Source: Convolutriloba macropyga
Taxonomy: Eukaryota
Length of the DNA: 64,000 nucleotides
Direction of reading: 5' to 3'
Assembly: GCF_964194025.1 (NCBI RefSeq)
Contig: NC_134469.1
Span: forward strand, 1,922,001 to 1,986,000
Shown: positions 24,268-37,110 of the stretch, piece after piece
Layout of the letters: every line of letters begins with the position of its first letter
Position numbering within the stretch: the first letter of the stretch is position 1
Position numbers and translations under genes: made by a program
The notes under the pieces: generated by a model
The model's input: the letters and a program-made list of their open reading frames with translations, nothing else
Databases searched by the model: none
Told to the model about the DNA's origin: nothing

Positions 24268-26865
24268 TCCTCTGGCCTCGCAGAAGATGTTGGGAGGATT
24301 GGTACAAGCTTAACCAGCGCGCGGACGAGCGATCCGGACGAAGTGCGTACGACGGCGGAGCGAGCGACGCTGTCGGAGCCGTATCGGAGTTCTTCAATCC
24401 GAGCAGTTGGATAGTAGCCCCTAAAGTTGCTTTCTTCAACGATCCAAACTAAGTCACCGAACTTGAGGTGCTGCTCGGCAGGCGTCTGCCACTTAGATCT
24501 ACGGTTCAGAGCAGGTACGTACTCCATGAGCCAACGTGCATGAATTGCATTGGAGTGAGACTGCGCATGAGGGCATGAACTGCTTATGATGATCAAACTC
24601 TGCAACGCCCACGATTGACCGAATTCCTGTTGCTATGTTACCAAGTAGAAAATTATTAGATGTTTTTGAGACTAGGTTGGACGGGTTGGCGCTTACGGGC
24701 GTTAAGTGACGTGCGTTTAGTGCGTATTCAACCAAACAAAAGGTAGTGTTCAACACCTCATCTGTGAGACGACGTGTACCGAGGGTAGTGTACAGTACCC
24801 TCTTAACACTATGGACCAGCCACTCCCAGATGCCACCTTGGTGTGGCGCACTTGGTGGATTGAACCACCACTTCATGCCCTTATGTTCAAATTCGGCGGC
24901 GATGATGATCGTATTCCATTTTTAGATACATTAACGGAGCTCTTTCTCCGCTCCGATAAAGTTCGTATCATTATCCGACGAAATAATAGCGGGCGTACCC
25001 CGACGGGAGAAGAACCACTCCACACCCATTAAACAGGAACTAGTGTCTATGGACGGAACGACTTCAACAAGGACAGCACGAGCAGTCAGACAAGGGAAGA
25101 GAAATCCCCACCTCTTTTCGTATTCCGACGAACGGTGACGTAGAATGAGCCGAAGTAATCAACCCCGATGTTGGTAAAGGCGGGAAATTGATATGCGAGT
25201 CTCTTCTTTGGGAGGTCTGCCATGATCGGTTGAATGGTTGCTGCGCGAAACTTTCTACACAAGACGCAGCTAGATTTGATGGAACGCACTGTGGAACGTA
25301 GTTTAAGGATGACATAACGTTCCGGTACCTTTGACCGTAAGTAATCAATGCCCTGATGATGGTTCTTCAGATGGGTATGCCGCACGAACAGTTTAACAAA
25401 AGTTTGACGCGCATCCAGCACGATAGGATGCTTATTGTCAAAGTCAATTTCCACTAGCAGTCAGAGGCGACCAGAAGAACGGATAAGGCCATGGGGCCCA
25501 ATTAACGGTGTGAACTGAGTAATGCGCCTGCTCCTCTTAACAGATTTGTTGTCAAGAAGATCTTTTTTTCAGTATCAGAGGACTCTCCTTGAACCAAGTA
25601 CTGGAGATGACGCTCGGCTTCGTCAAGCTCAACAAGGACCGCTATGCTGTTGTCTACGTTACGGTAACTTTCATGGGATGGTAAAATACGGAGCATATAT
25701 GCGGTGACCCGAAGTAGTTTTTTATAAGAACAGAACTTATCTAACGGGATTAGATTAATGCTTATTCCTTAAGGGGCTTGGTTACGGATGTGGATAAAGT
25801 TGAGATGGGGTAATCACACTGTTCCTTGGTTACAACGCTGAGCTTGATGTTATCAACGACTTCAGTATTTGCTATGAAAGAGAATTGCTTAGTTCTCAAG
25901 ATGTCAGGAACCCTAACACAGCTACTGAGTTGCAAAAATTCAGCGGACATACCACGCGTGCCAGCATCTGCCGGATTATCACAATTAGCGAAGTGGCTCC
26001 ATTGGTCAACGCTGTTGTTCTTCAGAATTTCACTAACAAGATTTGCAATGAAGATTGGGTATTGATTGGTGGAGTTTATCTTTCCACAAAAATAAATTTT
26101 TCACAGTAACCGTTAATGCTCGACAGGTTTCCCTTTTTAAACGGGCAGCGAGGTGAACAGCTTGCAATTCCAACTTCAGAACTGTCATTGCCTTCATAGG
26201 TGCAACATGGGCCTTGCCCAAGACAAACGCCAGCTCTGTTATAATCTCCCCAGATGTGCAAGTTACCAAAGAAAGCCTACTGCACTGAATATATCATGCG
26301 AGCTATCACCAAACATGTGGATATCGAGACTCTGGAACGTTCCAGAAAAGTAACTTCTTGGTATAGTGATCTTAGCCAACTGCGGCAATTCGACACACCA
26401 GGCAAGGAATCTGTCAAATGTGTCTTTAGCTAACTCGTCATCCCAACTTTGTCCATTGACACGCCAAATGTTTTTCAGGATTAACCGAGCACTAAGGGTA
26501 AACGGTGCGACGAGACCAATTGGGTCGTAGGCCTTTGACACAAGATTTAACACCAATCGCCGTGTTAAGCTTTTCGTGATGGTGTTTTCAGTGCCCTTGC
26601 CAACAACCAGAGTATTGTTGTTCTGATCCCGTTTGAGCCCAAGCACGTGCATTGATTCTTCCTTGGATGAAGCGATGACTTTCGGTTTGGTGGATTGAGC
26701 AGACTAATCAATTAGATCTGGTATATTGCTTACAAATTTAGTAAGCTTGAACTCACCTATATGGAGAAGATGTACCAATTCCTTCGGCCTAATGAGGGCC
26801 CTCTCAGGGGATTCTACTGAGTTTAAGTAATCGTCCATGTAGAAGTTCTCAAGGAGAGCTTTCGC

Positions 26866-27088
26866 CAATTTAAACCAATCCGTTCAAAAAGTCGAATTTT
26901 TTGGGCTAAGCGAACTCTTTTCAGCCATTTTGGAAGTTAATCTTAGTGGAAAATCGACTCTGATATTTCTGAGAAATAATACGTTTATTGCATTTAGATC
27001 GGAAAATCTAAGCGAAAGTTTTGGAGTAATACGCACAAAATTTCTCTAACTAATGATATAATGTATTCCTTTCTTTTAATCGGTAACA
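26866..27088 (-). repeat. Truncated 3' LTR of BEL element (copy 2)
   Basis: Near-identical to 24045-24267, offset by 2821 bp. Confidence 0.65.
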
Positions 27089-30000
27089 CCCTCTGGCCTC
27101 GCAGAAGATGTTGGGAGGATTGGTACAAGCTTAACCAGCGCGCGGACGAGCGATCCGGACGAAGTGCGTACGACGGCGGAGCGAGCGACGCTGTCGGAGC
27201 CGTATCGGAGTTCTTCAATCCGAGCAGTTGGATAGTAGCCCCTAAAGTTGCTTTCTTCAACGATCCAAACTAAGTCACCGAACTTGAGGTGCTGCTCGGC
27301 AGGCGTCTGCCACTTAGATCTACGGTTCAGAGCAGGTACGTACTCCTTGAGCCAACGTGCATGAATTGCATTGGAGTGAGACTGCGCATGAGGGCTTGAA
27401 CTGCTTATGATGATCAAACTCTGCAACGCCCACGATTGACCGAATTCCTGTTGCTATGTTACCAAGTAGAAAATTATTAGGTGTTTTTGAGACTAGGTTG
27501 GACCGGTTGGCGCTTACGGGCGTTAAGTGACGTGCGTTTAGTGCGTATTCAACCAAACAAAAGGTAGTGTTCAACACCTCATCTGTGAGACGACGTGTAC
27601 CGAGGGTAGTGTACAGTACCCTCTTAACACTACGGACCAGCCACTCCCAGATGCCACCTTGGTGTGGCGCACTTGGTGGATTGAACCACCACTTCATGCC
27701 CTTATGGTCCGATTCGGCGGCGATGATAATCGTATTCCATTTTTAGATACATTGACGGAGCTCTTTCTCCGCCCCGATAAAGTTCGTATCATTATCCGAC
27801 CAAATAATAGCGGGCGTACCCCGACGGGAGAAGAACCACACCACACCCATTACACAGGAACTAATGTCTATGGACGGAACGATTTCAACAAGGACAGCAC
27901 GAGCAGTCAGACAAGGGAAGAGAAATCCCCACCTCTTTTCGTATTCCGACGAACGGTGACGTAGAATGAGCCGAAGTAATCAACCCCGATGTTGGTAAAG
28001 GCGGGAAACTGATATGCGAGTCTCTTCTTTGGGAGGTCTGCCATGATCGGTTGAATGGTTGCTGCGCGAAACTTTCTACACAAGACGCAGTTAGATTTGA
28101 TGGAACGCACTGTGGAACGTAGTTTAAGGATGACATAACGTTCCTGTACCTTTGACCGTGAGTAATCAATGCCCTGATGATGGTTCTTCAGATGGGTATG
28201 CCGCACGAACAGTTTAACAAAAGTTTGACGCGCATCCAGCACGATAGGATGCTTATTGTCAAAGTCAATTTCCACTAGCCGTCAGAGGCGACCAGAAGAA
28301 CGGATGGGGCCATGGGGCCCAATAAACGGTGTGAACTGAGTAATGCGCCTGCTCCTCTTAACAGATTTGTTGTCAAGAAGATCTTTTTTTCAGTATTAGA
28401 GGACTCTCCTTGAACCAAGTACTGGAGATGACGCTCGGCTTCGTCAAGCTCAACAAGGACCGCTATGCTGTTGTCTACGTTACGGTAACTTTCATGGGAT
28501 GGTAAAATACGGAGCATATATGCGGTGACCCGAAGTAGTTTTTTATAAGAACAGAACTTATCTAACGGGATTAGATTAATGCTTATTCCTTAAGGGGCTT
28601 GGTTACGGATGTGGATAAAGTTGAGATGGGGTAATCACATTGTTCCTTGGTTACAACGCTGAGCTCGATGTTATCAACGACTTCAGTATTTGCTGTGAAA
28701 GAGAATTGCTTAGTTCTCAAGATGTCAGGAACCCTAACACAGCTACTGAATTGCAAAATTTCAGCGGACATACCACGCGTGCCAGCGTCTGCCGGATTAT
28801 CACAAGTAGCGAAGTGGCTCCATTGTTCAACGCTGTTGTTCTTCAGAATTTCACTAACAAGATTTGCAATGAAGATTGGGTATTTATTGGTGGAGTTTAT
28901 CTTTCCACAAAAATAATTTTTTCACAGTAACCGTTAATGCTCGACAGATTTCCCTTTTTAAACGGGCAGCGAGGTGAACAGCTTGTAATTCCAACTTCAG
29001 AACTGTCATTGCCTTCATAGGTGCAACACGGGCCTTGCCCAAGACAAACGCCAGCTCTGTTATAATCTCCCCAGATGTGCAAGTTACCAAAGAAAGCCTA
29101 CTGCACTGAATATATCATGCGAGCTATCACCAAACATGTGGATATCGAGACTCTGGAACGTTCCAGAAAAGTAACTTCTTGGTATAGTGATCTTAGCCAA
29201 CTGCGGCAATTCGACACACCAGGCAAGGAATCTGTCAAATGTGTCTTTAGCTAACTCGTCATCCCAACTTTGTCCATTGACACGCCAAATGTTTTTCAGG
29301 ATTAACCGAGCACTAAGGGTAAACGGGCGACGAGACCAATTGGGTCGTAGCCCTTTGACACAAGATTTAACACCAATCGCCGTGTTAAGCTTTTCGTGAT
29401 GGTGTTTTCAGTGCCCTTGCCAACAACCAGAGTATTGTTGTTCTGATCCCGTTTGAGCCCAAGCACGTGCATTGATTCTTCCTTGGATGAAGCGATGACT
29501 TTCGGTTTGGTGGATTGAGCAGACCAATCAATTAGATCTGGTATATTGCTTACAAATTTAGTAAGCTTGAACTCACCTATATGGAGAAAATGTACCAATT
29601 CCTTCGGCCTAATGAGGGCCCTCTCGGGGGATTCTACTGAGTCTAAGTATTCGTCCATGTACAAGTTCTCAAGGACAGCTTTCGCAGCTTCTGGACACTC
29701 TTTAGCATTATTACTTGCCATGCGTTGATGGGAGCAGATGGGCGAATTCTTTGCCCCAAAGGTGTGGCGCGTATACTGGTGTATCACAATATTTGATGTG
29801 GGGTCCTCCCGCCTCAAAAAGCGCAATTATGGCTGATCATATGGAAACACTACAACTTGGAGGAACATTTCCTCGATGTCGGCAGATACTGCAAAGGGAT
29901 GTTGTCTGAACCGTAGGAGCACACAGATTAGGTTTTATAGTAAGTCAGGCCCGGTGAGTAATGACTTATTAAGAGATGCGCCATGGAATTTAACTGATTC

Positions 30001-32392
30001 GTTTAGTACCCTACGAACCTTGCCTGGCTTGTTAAGGTTAACAACCGGATGTTTTGGTAGGCACCACTCTCGTTCCGAGCAGCTTTCCATCTTATGAGCA
30101 TCTTTGATCCTTGTCTAACTCCTCTTTGATGGTATTCGGATACTTTTCCCTTAAAAGCTGTTCTTTCGTAAGCCGCTTTTCCATTGATTTTAATTGAACC
30201 AGCGCTGAGAAGTAATTTATGGACAGTTTGATGTTATCTTCAACCCATAGCATTCCGACATCGTACCGTTTTCCAATATGCACCGTGGTATTTTCAAGAA
30301 AATCAAGCGTACGTGCATCCGCGGCAGATCGTGGGTGTACTTGCTTCAGTGCGCCGTACGACTCCATGTCGTACCAAGAGTTCACCTGACTAACGAGTTC
30401 AAAATCCTGCTCCATTTTTGCTCTGAAACAAGTCGAGACTAAACCTGAAGACGACGGTAGAGGGTCGCTCAGAACCCAACCTATAGGCAAGCGAACAGCG
30501 AAAAGCGAGCACTTCTCGACGGCAGCAAAGTACTTTAACGGGCGGATGGACAGTTCAACTAGTTTAGTGTCTAGAACCTCCTCGGTATTTATACCATTTA
30601 TTGTTAGTTTAAAAGCTGTTCCGTGCAAACCAATCTATTTGCAAGATCATTGGACATCCAAGAGTTAATGCAAGCGGTATCGCACAAAACTAAAGCTGTG
30701 GTATCTTTATCCGAAGAGCTCGGCAAATGTAATTCAGTCAGCTGAAGGAGGCCTTTCACAATACTCAAAGATGACAAAGTTGTGGTCTTACTCGATGATT
30801 GGACACTAGAAGGTTTACTTTGACTTGCGCCAGCTTTAGAATTACTGTTCTTGTTGACTGAAGAGGATTTTTTGATGGATAAACCCTCTCAGCTCCATGG
30901 AGAAATGTATTGTGGGAGCTCCTACATCCGTCCTTCCTGCATTTCCTAGGATTTGGGCATTGCACGAACATATGCTTTTCTCTGAAACATGAGAAGCACA
31001 GTTTTGCTTCCGCCACTACCTCTGTTCGCTAAGTGCTAGACTTTTCTTTAAACACCAGACACTCCCAGCAGGTTACGCTTACGCACAATGCAGCGAGGGG
31101 CTAGAGGCGCTGCCGATGTTGAGGTTAGTCTCTGAGTGCCCTTAGTTTGCGTATTAGCAGCGAAAGTTCTTGAGGCAAATTTGGTCTTGACTACTGAGTT
31201 GGTGTTATCCTCAGTTTTTCCCTTTGATGATGTTTGTTTTATTAAATAATGAGCCTTGGTTTTTTGCTTAAACCAGTCAATGATGTCAAGGAGTGTCAGC
31301 TTTACCCAATGCTTTTGTAGCGTGAAAATTGACTAAGACTCGTTCATAGTGGGCGGCAATTTTTGCACTGCCGTGTTAAGGAGCGAGGCGCTCTAAAGGT
31401 GCGAGTCATATGAAAGTGATTTAAAGACCCCAACTAGACTTGAAATATTTTGCAGAATAGTTTATGATGTTATCACTATTGTGCATCTTAAGTGGTGGAA
31501 AAGAGCTGAGTTTGTCTAAGTGTGCACTGACTACAGCCTGGAGTTGGCCAAATTTACGTTCAAATGTCTTAAGTGCATCCTTACAAATTACGCCACAGTA
31601 GGCGAACTCAGCGATGGCGGTTTCTGTTTTTCTAGTTTCAGGAGTTTTTAAGTACGTTAACTTGACATCATAAGTTGAGGAATGTGAGTCTATGGCGCTT
31701 TTATATTGTCCGAGCCATTAATGCCACTGCAGGGGGTCACCATTGTCTCTGACAACTCCCACTTGGGCAGTGGATCTTTCTTCTAACAACTGATTGCATC
31801 TCACAACTGGTTTATCAAATTCGTGGAGTCCAAAGAAGGGGTCGAAAGTGTGGGATGCGGTCGGTCACCACAACACAACAGGTTCGGAAAGTTTGTCCCA
31901 TACGTTGGCGCAATGATCGGAGTGACAAAGGTGGAGGGGCACCTGCGGAAGAACTAAATGGATTCGCTTGCATGAAGTCTGGTGTTACGTAATTTTGGGA
32001 ACCTGCTGATGCTTGTACATGAAAAGAAGAGCTGAGCGCTGTAGGGACCTGAGTGTTGCTTAACGGGGACAGTTGTACGGTGTTTACGATAACAGATGTA
32101 CCTACGAGTGGTACTGCATTATTTGGGACTGATGCACAAAAACGCCAGACTTTTGGATCTGGATGCGCAGGAGCTGCGTGGGTTATGGGTACAAAATTTT
32201 GAGGCTGACACAACTTTTGTGGGGGCGGTGGATGAATAAATTGCGGAGGAAACGAATTGTGCAGGCGGAGAAAGGGGTAACGGTTTGACATTATTCGCTA
32301 CGGGGTTATTGGCGTGTAGTGGGAGTGCTTGTGGCGGCAAAGGAGCAACACTGACTGCTGATGGGATTAACGGTAAATGAGGTCCAGACATT

Positions 32393-32910
32393 TTAATTTT
32401 TGATAAAGGGTTGCTTAGTGGTGTCACTCTGTATATCTCATTTATAAGGTGTACGAATGATTTTATTGTAAATTCCGAGTCAAACAAACAATACAAAGTT
32501 AAAATAATTAAAACTAATCTGTACGTTAAAAAAATGACAGTGGATCATGTTTATAGAGAAATTGAGAAAACTCTAAGAAAAACACCTGCCGCGTATTGCC
32601 ACGAAATTTTCAGCTACAACTGGAATAAGAATTTGGAAGCATGAGTTTATTTTTTTGAAAGAACCAGTGCGACATATGATAATTGCAATGCATCAATCAG
32701 GCATATCTTCGAACTAACCTTTTTCGCTGCCAGAAACTTAATTTGAGCCAAATTGTTGTTCACAAAAATGGTCAACCTACTGTTGGAACTCCGATCTCAA
32801 CAAATTTTAACCACCTTTTATTACAATACTCTGGAAGCTTCTAAATTTAGTGACAAAGGTGGGCAGGGTATAACCCTGGACAGTTATCCTAATCAATCTG
32901 TTGCCCAATT
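32393..32910 (+). pseudogene. Polinton major capsid protein, C-terminal half remnant (copy 1)
   Basis: DKGLLSGVTLYISFIR..NDF...YKVKIIKTNLYVKKMTV...IEKTL.KTPA.Y; EPVRHMIIAM; HKNGQP; YYNTLEA; GITLDSYPN. Confidence 0.85.
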
Positions 32911-32949
32911 TTTTCTTCAAAGACAACAAAAGAACACAAACAATAATTT

Positions 32950-33546
32950 AAAGATTTTGATTCCATATTAAATATTATCAATAATATATTATTGTCAACA
33001 TGAACACAACCCTAACCAGTAATTATTATATTACGTATTTTGGAAATCTTGCCGTACAATCAACCATTATCAACACTACAAAATATATCAATCGTACAAG
33101 TAGGCAAAAAATCAATTTGAGTTTATACACTATTGGTAAAAACACAATCAACGTTAGGTAGTTTCCACTTGGAGTTTGCAAAGCTCGAGAAATAGCGCTA
33201 ATTGTATTTCACGGCTTAGTCAATCCTCTTCTTCACTTCTCCAAAGAAAGCTGTTTTTGTTAAATTAGTTCTAATAAATAGTCTAAAATACGTGAAAAAA
33301 AAACAATGTACACTGAGTGATTTTGGATAGTGTACACTTGAAGGAATCATGAAGTTGGTCGTTGGAGGCAATAACATGATAATGAAATCCTTTACAAAAC
33401 TCATCGTTCATATACAAGTTGTAAGCAAAGTTCTTTGTCACTGTGTGACCAAGGATAGGTTCACTTTGAGATATAAAATAAAGAAAATGTTTGGCATACT
33501 GACGAAAACATTCTGATTCTGGTGTGCGCTCAAACATCGCCTCCAC
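32950..33546 (-). pseudogene. HUH-like (FHYHVI) accessory protein, copy 1
   Basis: EAMFERTP...FHYHVI, homologous to EAMYERSP...NHYHVL at 138-542; frameshifted. Confidence 0.7.
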
Positions 33547-33659
33547 AATTTTTTAGTTAGTTGTCTTTGTCACTTCCGCTTTCTTTGTTTGTAATTCTTT
33601 GTCGAGATTTTTTTGTTTCTCTTCTTTTGTACTGGGGTCTTTCTGTGAGATTACTTTCA

Positions 33660-33994
33660 CGGCTTAGTCAATCCTCTTCTTCATTTCTCCAAAGAAAGCT
33701 GTTTTTGTTAAAATAGTTCTAATAAATAGTCTAAAATACATGAAAAAACAACAATGTACACTGAGTGGTTTTGGATGGTGTACACTTGAAGGAATCAGGA
33801 AGTTGGTCGTTGTAGGCAATAACATGATAATGAAATCCTTTAAAAAACTCATCGTTCATATACAAGCTGTAAGCAAAGTTCTTTGTCACTGTGTGACCAA
33901 AGATAGGTTCACTTTGAGATATAAAATAAAAATTTTGTTTGGCAAACTGAAGAAAACATTTTGATTCTGGTGTGCGCTCAAACATTGCCTCCAC
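33660..33994 (-). pseudogene. HUH-like accessory protein, copy 2 (partial; 448-bp tandem duplication)
   Basis: 33208-33655 is duplicated at 33656-34110. Confidence 0.7.
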
Positions 33995-34000
33995 AATTTT

Positions 34001-34393
34001 TTAGTTAGTTTTCTTTGTCAATTCCGCTTTCTTTGTTTGTAATTCTTTGTCGAGATTTTTTGGTTTCTCTACTTTTGTACTGGGGTCTTTCTGTGAGATT
34101 ACTTTCACAACCGGTTCGTTGCCTTCCCTTTCTTTGCAGTTTCTCGAGAAGAGAAGTCTGGAATGGTTTTTGTTTTATGGTCAAGAAGACCGAAGTCAGC
34201 AGCTGAGAGAGTAATTATTTGGTTGATACAAATCTCCTCAGATTTTGTTTTTGAAGAACCGGAGAGTAATATAAGTGTCCGCTGCTTCGTGTGTTTTTAC
34301 TGAGGCAAGAACAATTCGTTTGTTAGAGCACAACATTTCGTGGATAACGTCACTATTATCTTCAAAAATTGTCAGTCACAACTTTGTTTCCAT
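34001..34393 (-). pseudogene. PC4-like protein of Polinton B
   Basis: NKRIVLASVKTHEAADTYITLRFFK vs KRLIRVTLKTYEGTGNYIFLKLFK (555-899). Same position directly upstream of the HYH gene. Confidence 0.6.
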
Positions 34394-34539
34394 TGACAGA
34401 AAAAGAATTTTAAATGATATCAATACCCCGTAAGCGAGGTTTACAAAATGCCGCTAGCTTTAATTTTAATTTAAGAGAAAGTGCAATACCAATAAAACTT
34501 TTTAAGAGGACTTTTTCTTAATTCAGTTTTATTTTTTCG

Positions 34540-34635
34540 ATTGCCTATATATGCTAAAAATAAAATTCAAACTCAAACTTAACCAAATTGTGGTTACCCG
34601 CCCGCGTTTTTTTCGCCATATAGTGACGTCATACA
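34540..34635 (-). promoter_or_regulatory. Putative Pol II promoter (ATF/CRE TGACGTCA, GC box, TATA) upstream of PC4-like gene
   Basis: TGACGTCA at 34624-34631, GGGCGGG at ~34598-34604(-), TATATAG at ~34545-34552(-), ATG at 34393. Same set at ~38998-39085; the CRE is also at 17022-17029. Confidence 0.5.
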
Positions 34636-35599
34636 AGAACATCTCAAAGAGTTGTCTTCATCAACAAAAGTCTGTTAATTGCCGTCAAAGTTGCTGAACA
34701 TGCTTTTTTGTTCTTATTCTTTTATATTTTTCATCCGCAATATCAACACAAAAAATCATAACCGCGTCTTAAACTGAACAATATTAAATTTGAAAGCGTA
34801 AACTTCGACGGACTGTTCATTTTCACTTTTTCATCAAAAAAACCAAAAATTGACACAAAAACAAACACATGGATAACATCCAATTACTGATTGTTATTTG
34901 TTTGAACAATTTTTTAATCAAAATGTTTTTCTTACCGACTCCATTTTAACTAGCAGAAAATATTTTACTCCCACTTCTCACATCGAAAATTACCATTTTG
35001 CACTTTTTTGATACTTTTCAAATAAAAATTCCAATAAAAAATAAAGATAACATTTTTAACTATATAACATTTATTGTAAACGCGATTCGTCAACAGTATT
35101 TCCCCTACCATATAAGTACATAGTTTAAAGTATACAAAACTTATTATTGGCGTTGGAAAACATTTTTTTAAAACTTTTTGTCATCAAAAATTACCACTTT
35201 TTGTCCGTTCTTCGAAACTTTGTCCGTTTTTTTGCGCAAACTGATTGCAATAACACAACTTAAGCTCTCTGTTTACACTGTTTTTAACGCTTAAAATCGC
35301 CAAATCCTAATTAGCCCCATATCACGCATTTCCAGACACAATAATGAACTCATAATTTTTCTTTTTTAACCAAATTTTAGACAGAGTTTAGTTCCCAAAC
35401 TTCTTCACTTTTTCAGTCAATTTTCACAATAATTTCTGCTCCTTTTTTTCTCATTTGCATATTCAGTTCGAGATTCTATTTGAAACTTCTCTCCAAATTT
35501 GATAATCAGCGACCTTTCAATTTTTTTACTTCGCACCTACTTGCCAATTCAAACATATGGGTCATACAATCCATAAAATTAATACCACTTGTGTGATCT

Positions 35600-37110
35600 C
35601 AGAGTCGCAAAGTCTACGATTGACTTTAATGTAAATTCCGAGTCAAACAAACATTACAAATTTAAAATAATTAGAGCTAATCTTTACGTTAGAAAAAATC
35701 ACAGTGGATCATGTTTTGACGGCAATTGAGAGAGCTCTACTAAAAACACTTGCCGTGTATCGCTATACAGAAGTATTGCCACGAGTTTTTTAGCTACAAC
35801 TGGAATAAGAAATTGGAGCTATGAGTATTTTTTTTTCGAAAGAACCTGTGCGACGTATGATAATTGCAAGGCAACAATCAAGGATATCTTGGAACTAATC
35901 GCATTAACCCTTTTCACTGCCAGAAATTTAATTTGAGCCAAATTGTTGTTCAAAAAAATGGTCAACCTATTGTTGGAACTCCGGTCTCAACAAATTTTAA
36001 CCTTTTTTTTTACTTCAATACTCTGGAAGCTTCGAATTTTATTGACAAACGTGTGCAGGGAATAACTTGGGACTAGACAGATATCCCAATCAATCTTTTG
36101 CTCAATTCTTTCCTCAAAGAGAACAAAATTACCCAAACAAAAATTTAAAGATTATTATTCCATATTAAAATTTGTCATTATTTTTTTATTGTCAACATGC
36201 AAACAACCCTAACCACTTTTTTTATATAAAGTGTTTCAGAATACTTGCTGTACAATCAACCATTATAAAAACTACAAAATCTATCAATCGTACAAGTAGG
36301 CAAAAAATCAGTTTGAGTTTGTACACTATTGGTAAAAACACAATCAACGTTAGGTAGTTTCCGCTTAGAGTATGCAAAGCTCAAGAAGTATTGCTAATTG
36401 AATTTCACGGCTCAGTCAATTTTGTTCTTCATTTCTCCAATGAAAGCTCTTTTTGTTAAATTAGTTTTAATAAATAGTTTTAAACACGTGAAAAGGCAAG
36501 GTATACTGAAAGGTTTTGGATGCTGTACACTTGAAGGAATCAGGAAGTTGGTCGTTGGAGGCAATAACATGATAATGAAATCCTTTAAAAAACTCATCGT
36601 TCATATACAAGCTGTAAGCAAAATTCTTTGTCACTGTGTGACAAAAGATAGGTTCACTTTGAGATATAAAATAAAATTTTTGTTCGGCAAACTGAAGAAA
36701 ACATTTTGATTCTGGTGTGCGCTCAAACATTGCCTCCACAATTTTTATTTAGTTCTCTTTGTCACTTCCGCTTTCTTTGTTTGTAATTCTTTGTCGAGAT
36801 CTTTTTGCTCGTCCACTTTTGTACTGGGGTCTTTCTTTGAGATCACTCTCACAACCAGTTCGTTGCCTTCCCTTTTCTTGCAGTTCCTCGAGAAGAGAAG
36901 TCTCGAATGGTTTTTGTTTTATGGTCAAGAAGACCGAAGTCAGCAGCTGAGAGAGTAATTATTTGGTTGATACAAATCTCCTCGGATTTTAATTTTGAAG
37001 AACTGGAGAGTAATATAAGTGTCCACTGTTTCGTGTGTTTTTCCTGAGGAAAGATCAATTCGTTTGTTAGAGCACAATTATTTTTGGAGAACGTCACTAT
37101 TATCTTCAAA
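35600..37110. repeat. Duplicated block: capsid fragment(+), HYH gene(-), PC4-like(-), preceded by internal TIR-derived sequence
   Basis: Collinear with 32450-34370. ORFs 35864..36076, 36467..36739 and 36849..37109. Confidence 0.85.

Larger units (their letters stand above)
23821..32390 (-). mobile_element. BEL/Pao LTR retrotransposon, 5'-truncated, disrupted, with 2821-bp tandem duplication of RT-RNaseH-IN-3'LTR
   Basis: Gag (AHLDKL; CFSC..KH...C; CRKDGC..SH..LH), protease LCDTA, RT YMDEYL, RNase H HMFGDSS / KARVAP / LELQA, integrase HHQG..C..C, GVDYFG, SAPHQGGIWE and C-terminal GDLVWI. Confidence 0.95.

Noticed and set aside
24016-30097. Numerous short plus-strand ORFs
   Set aside because: They are antisense shadows of the BEL pol region.
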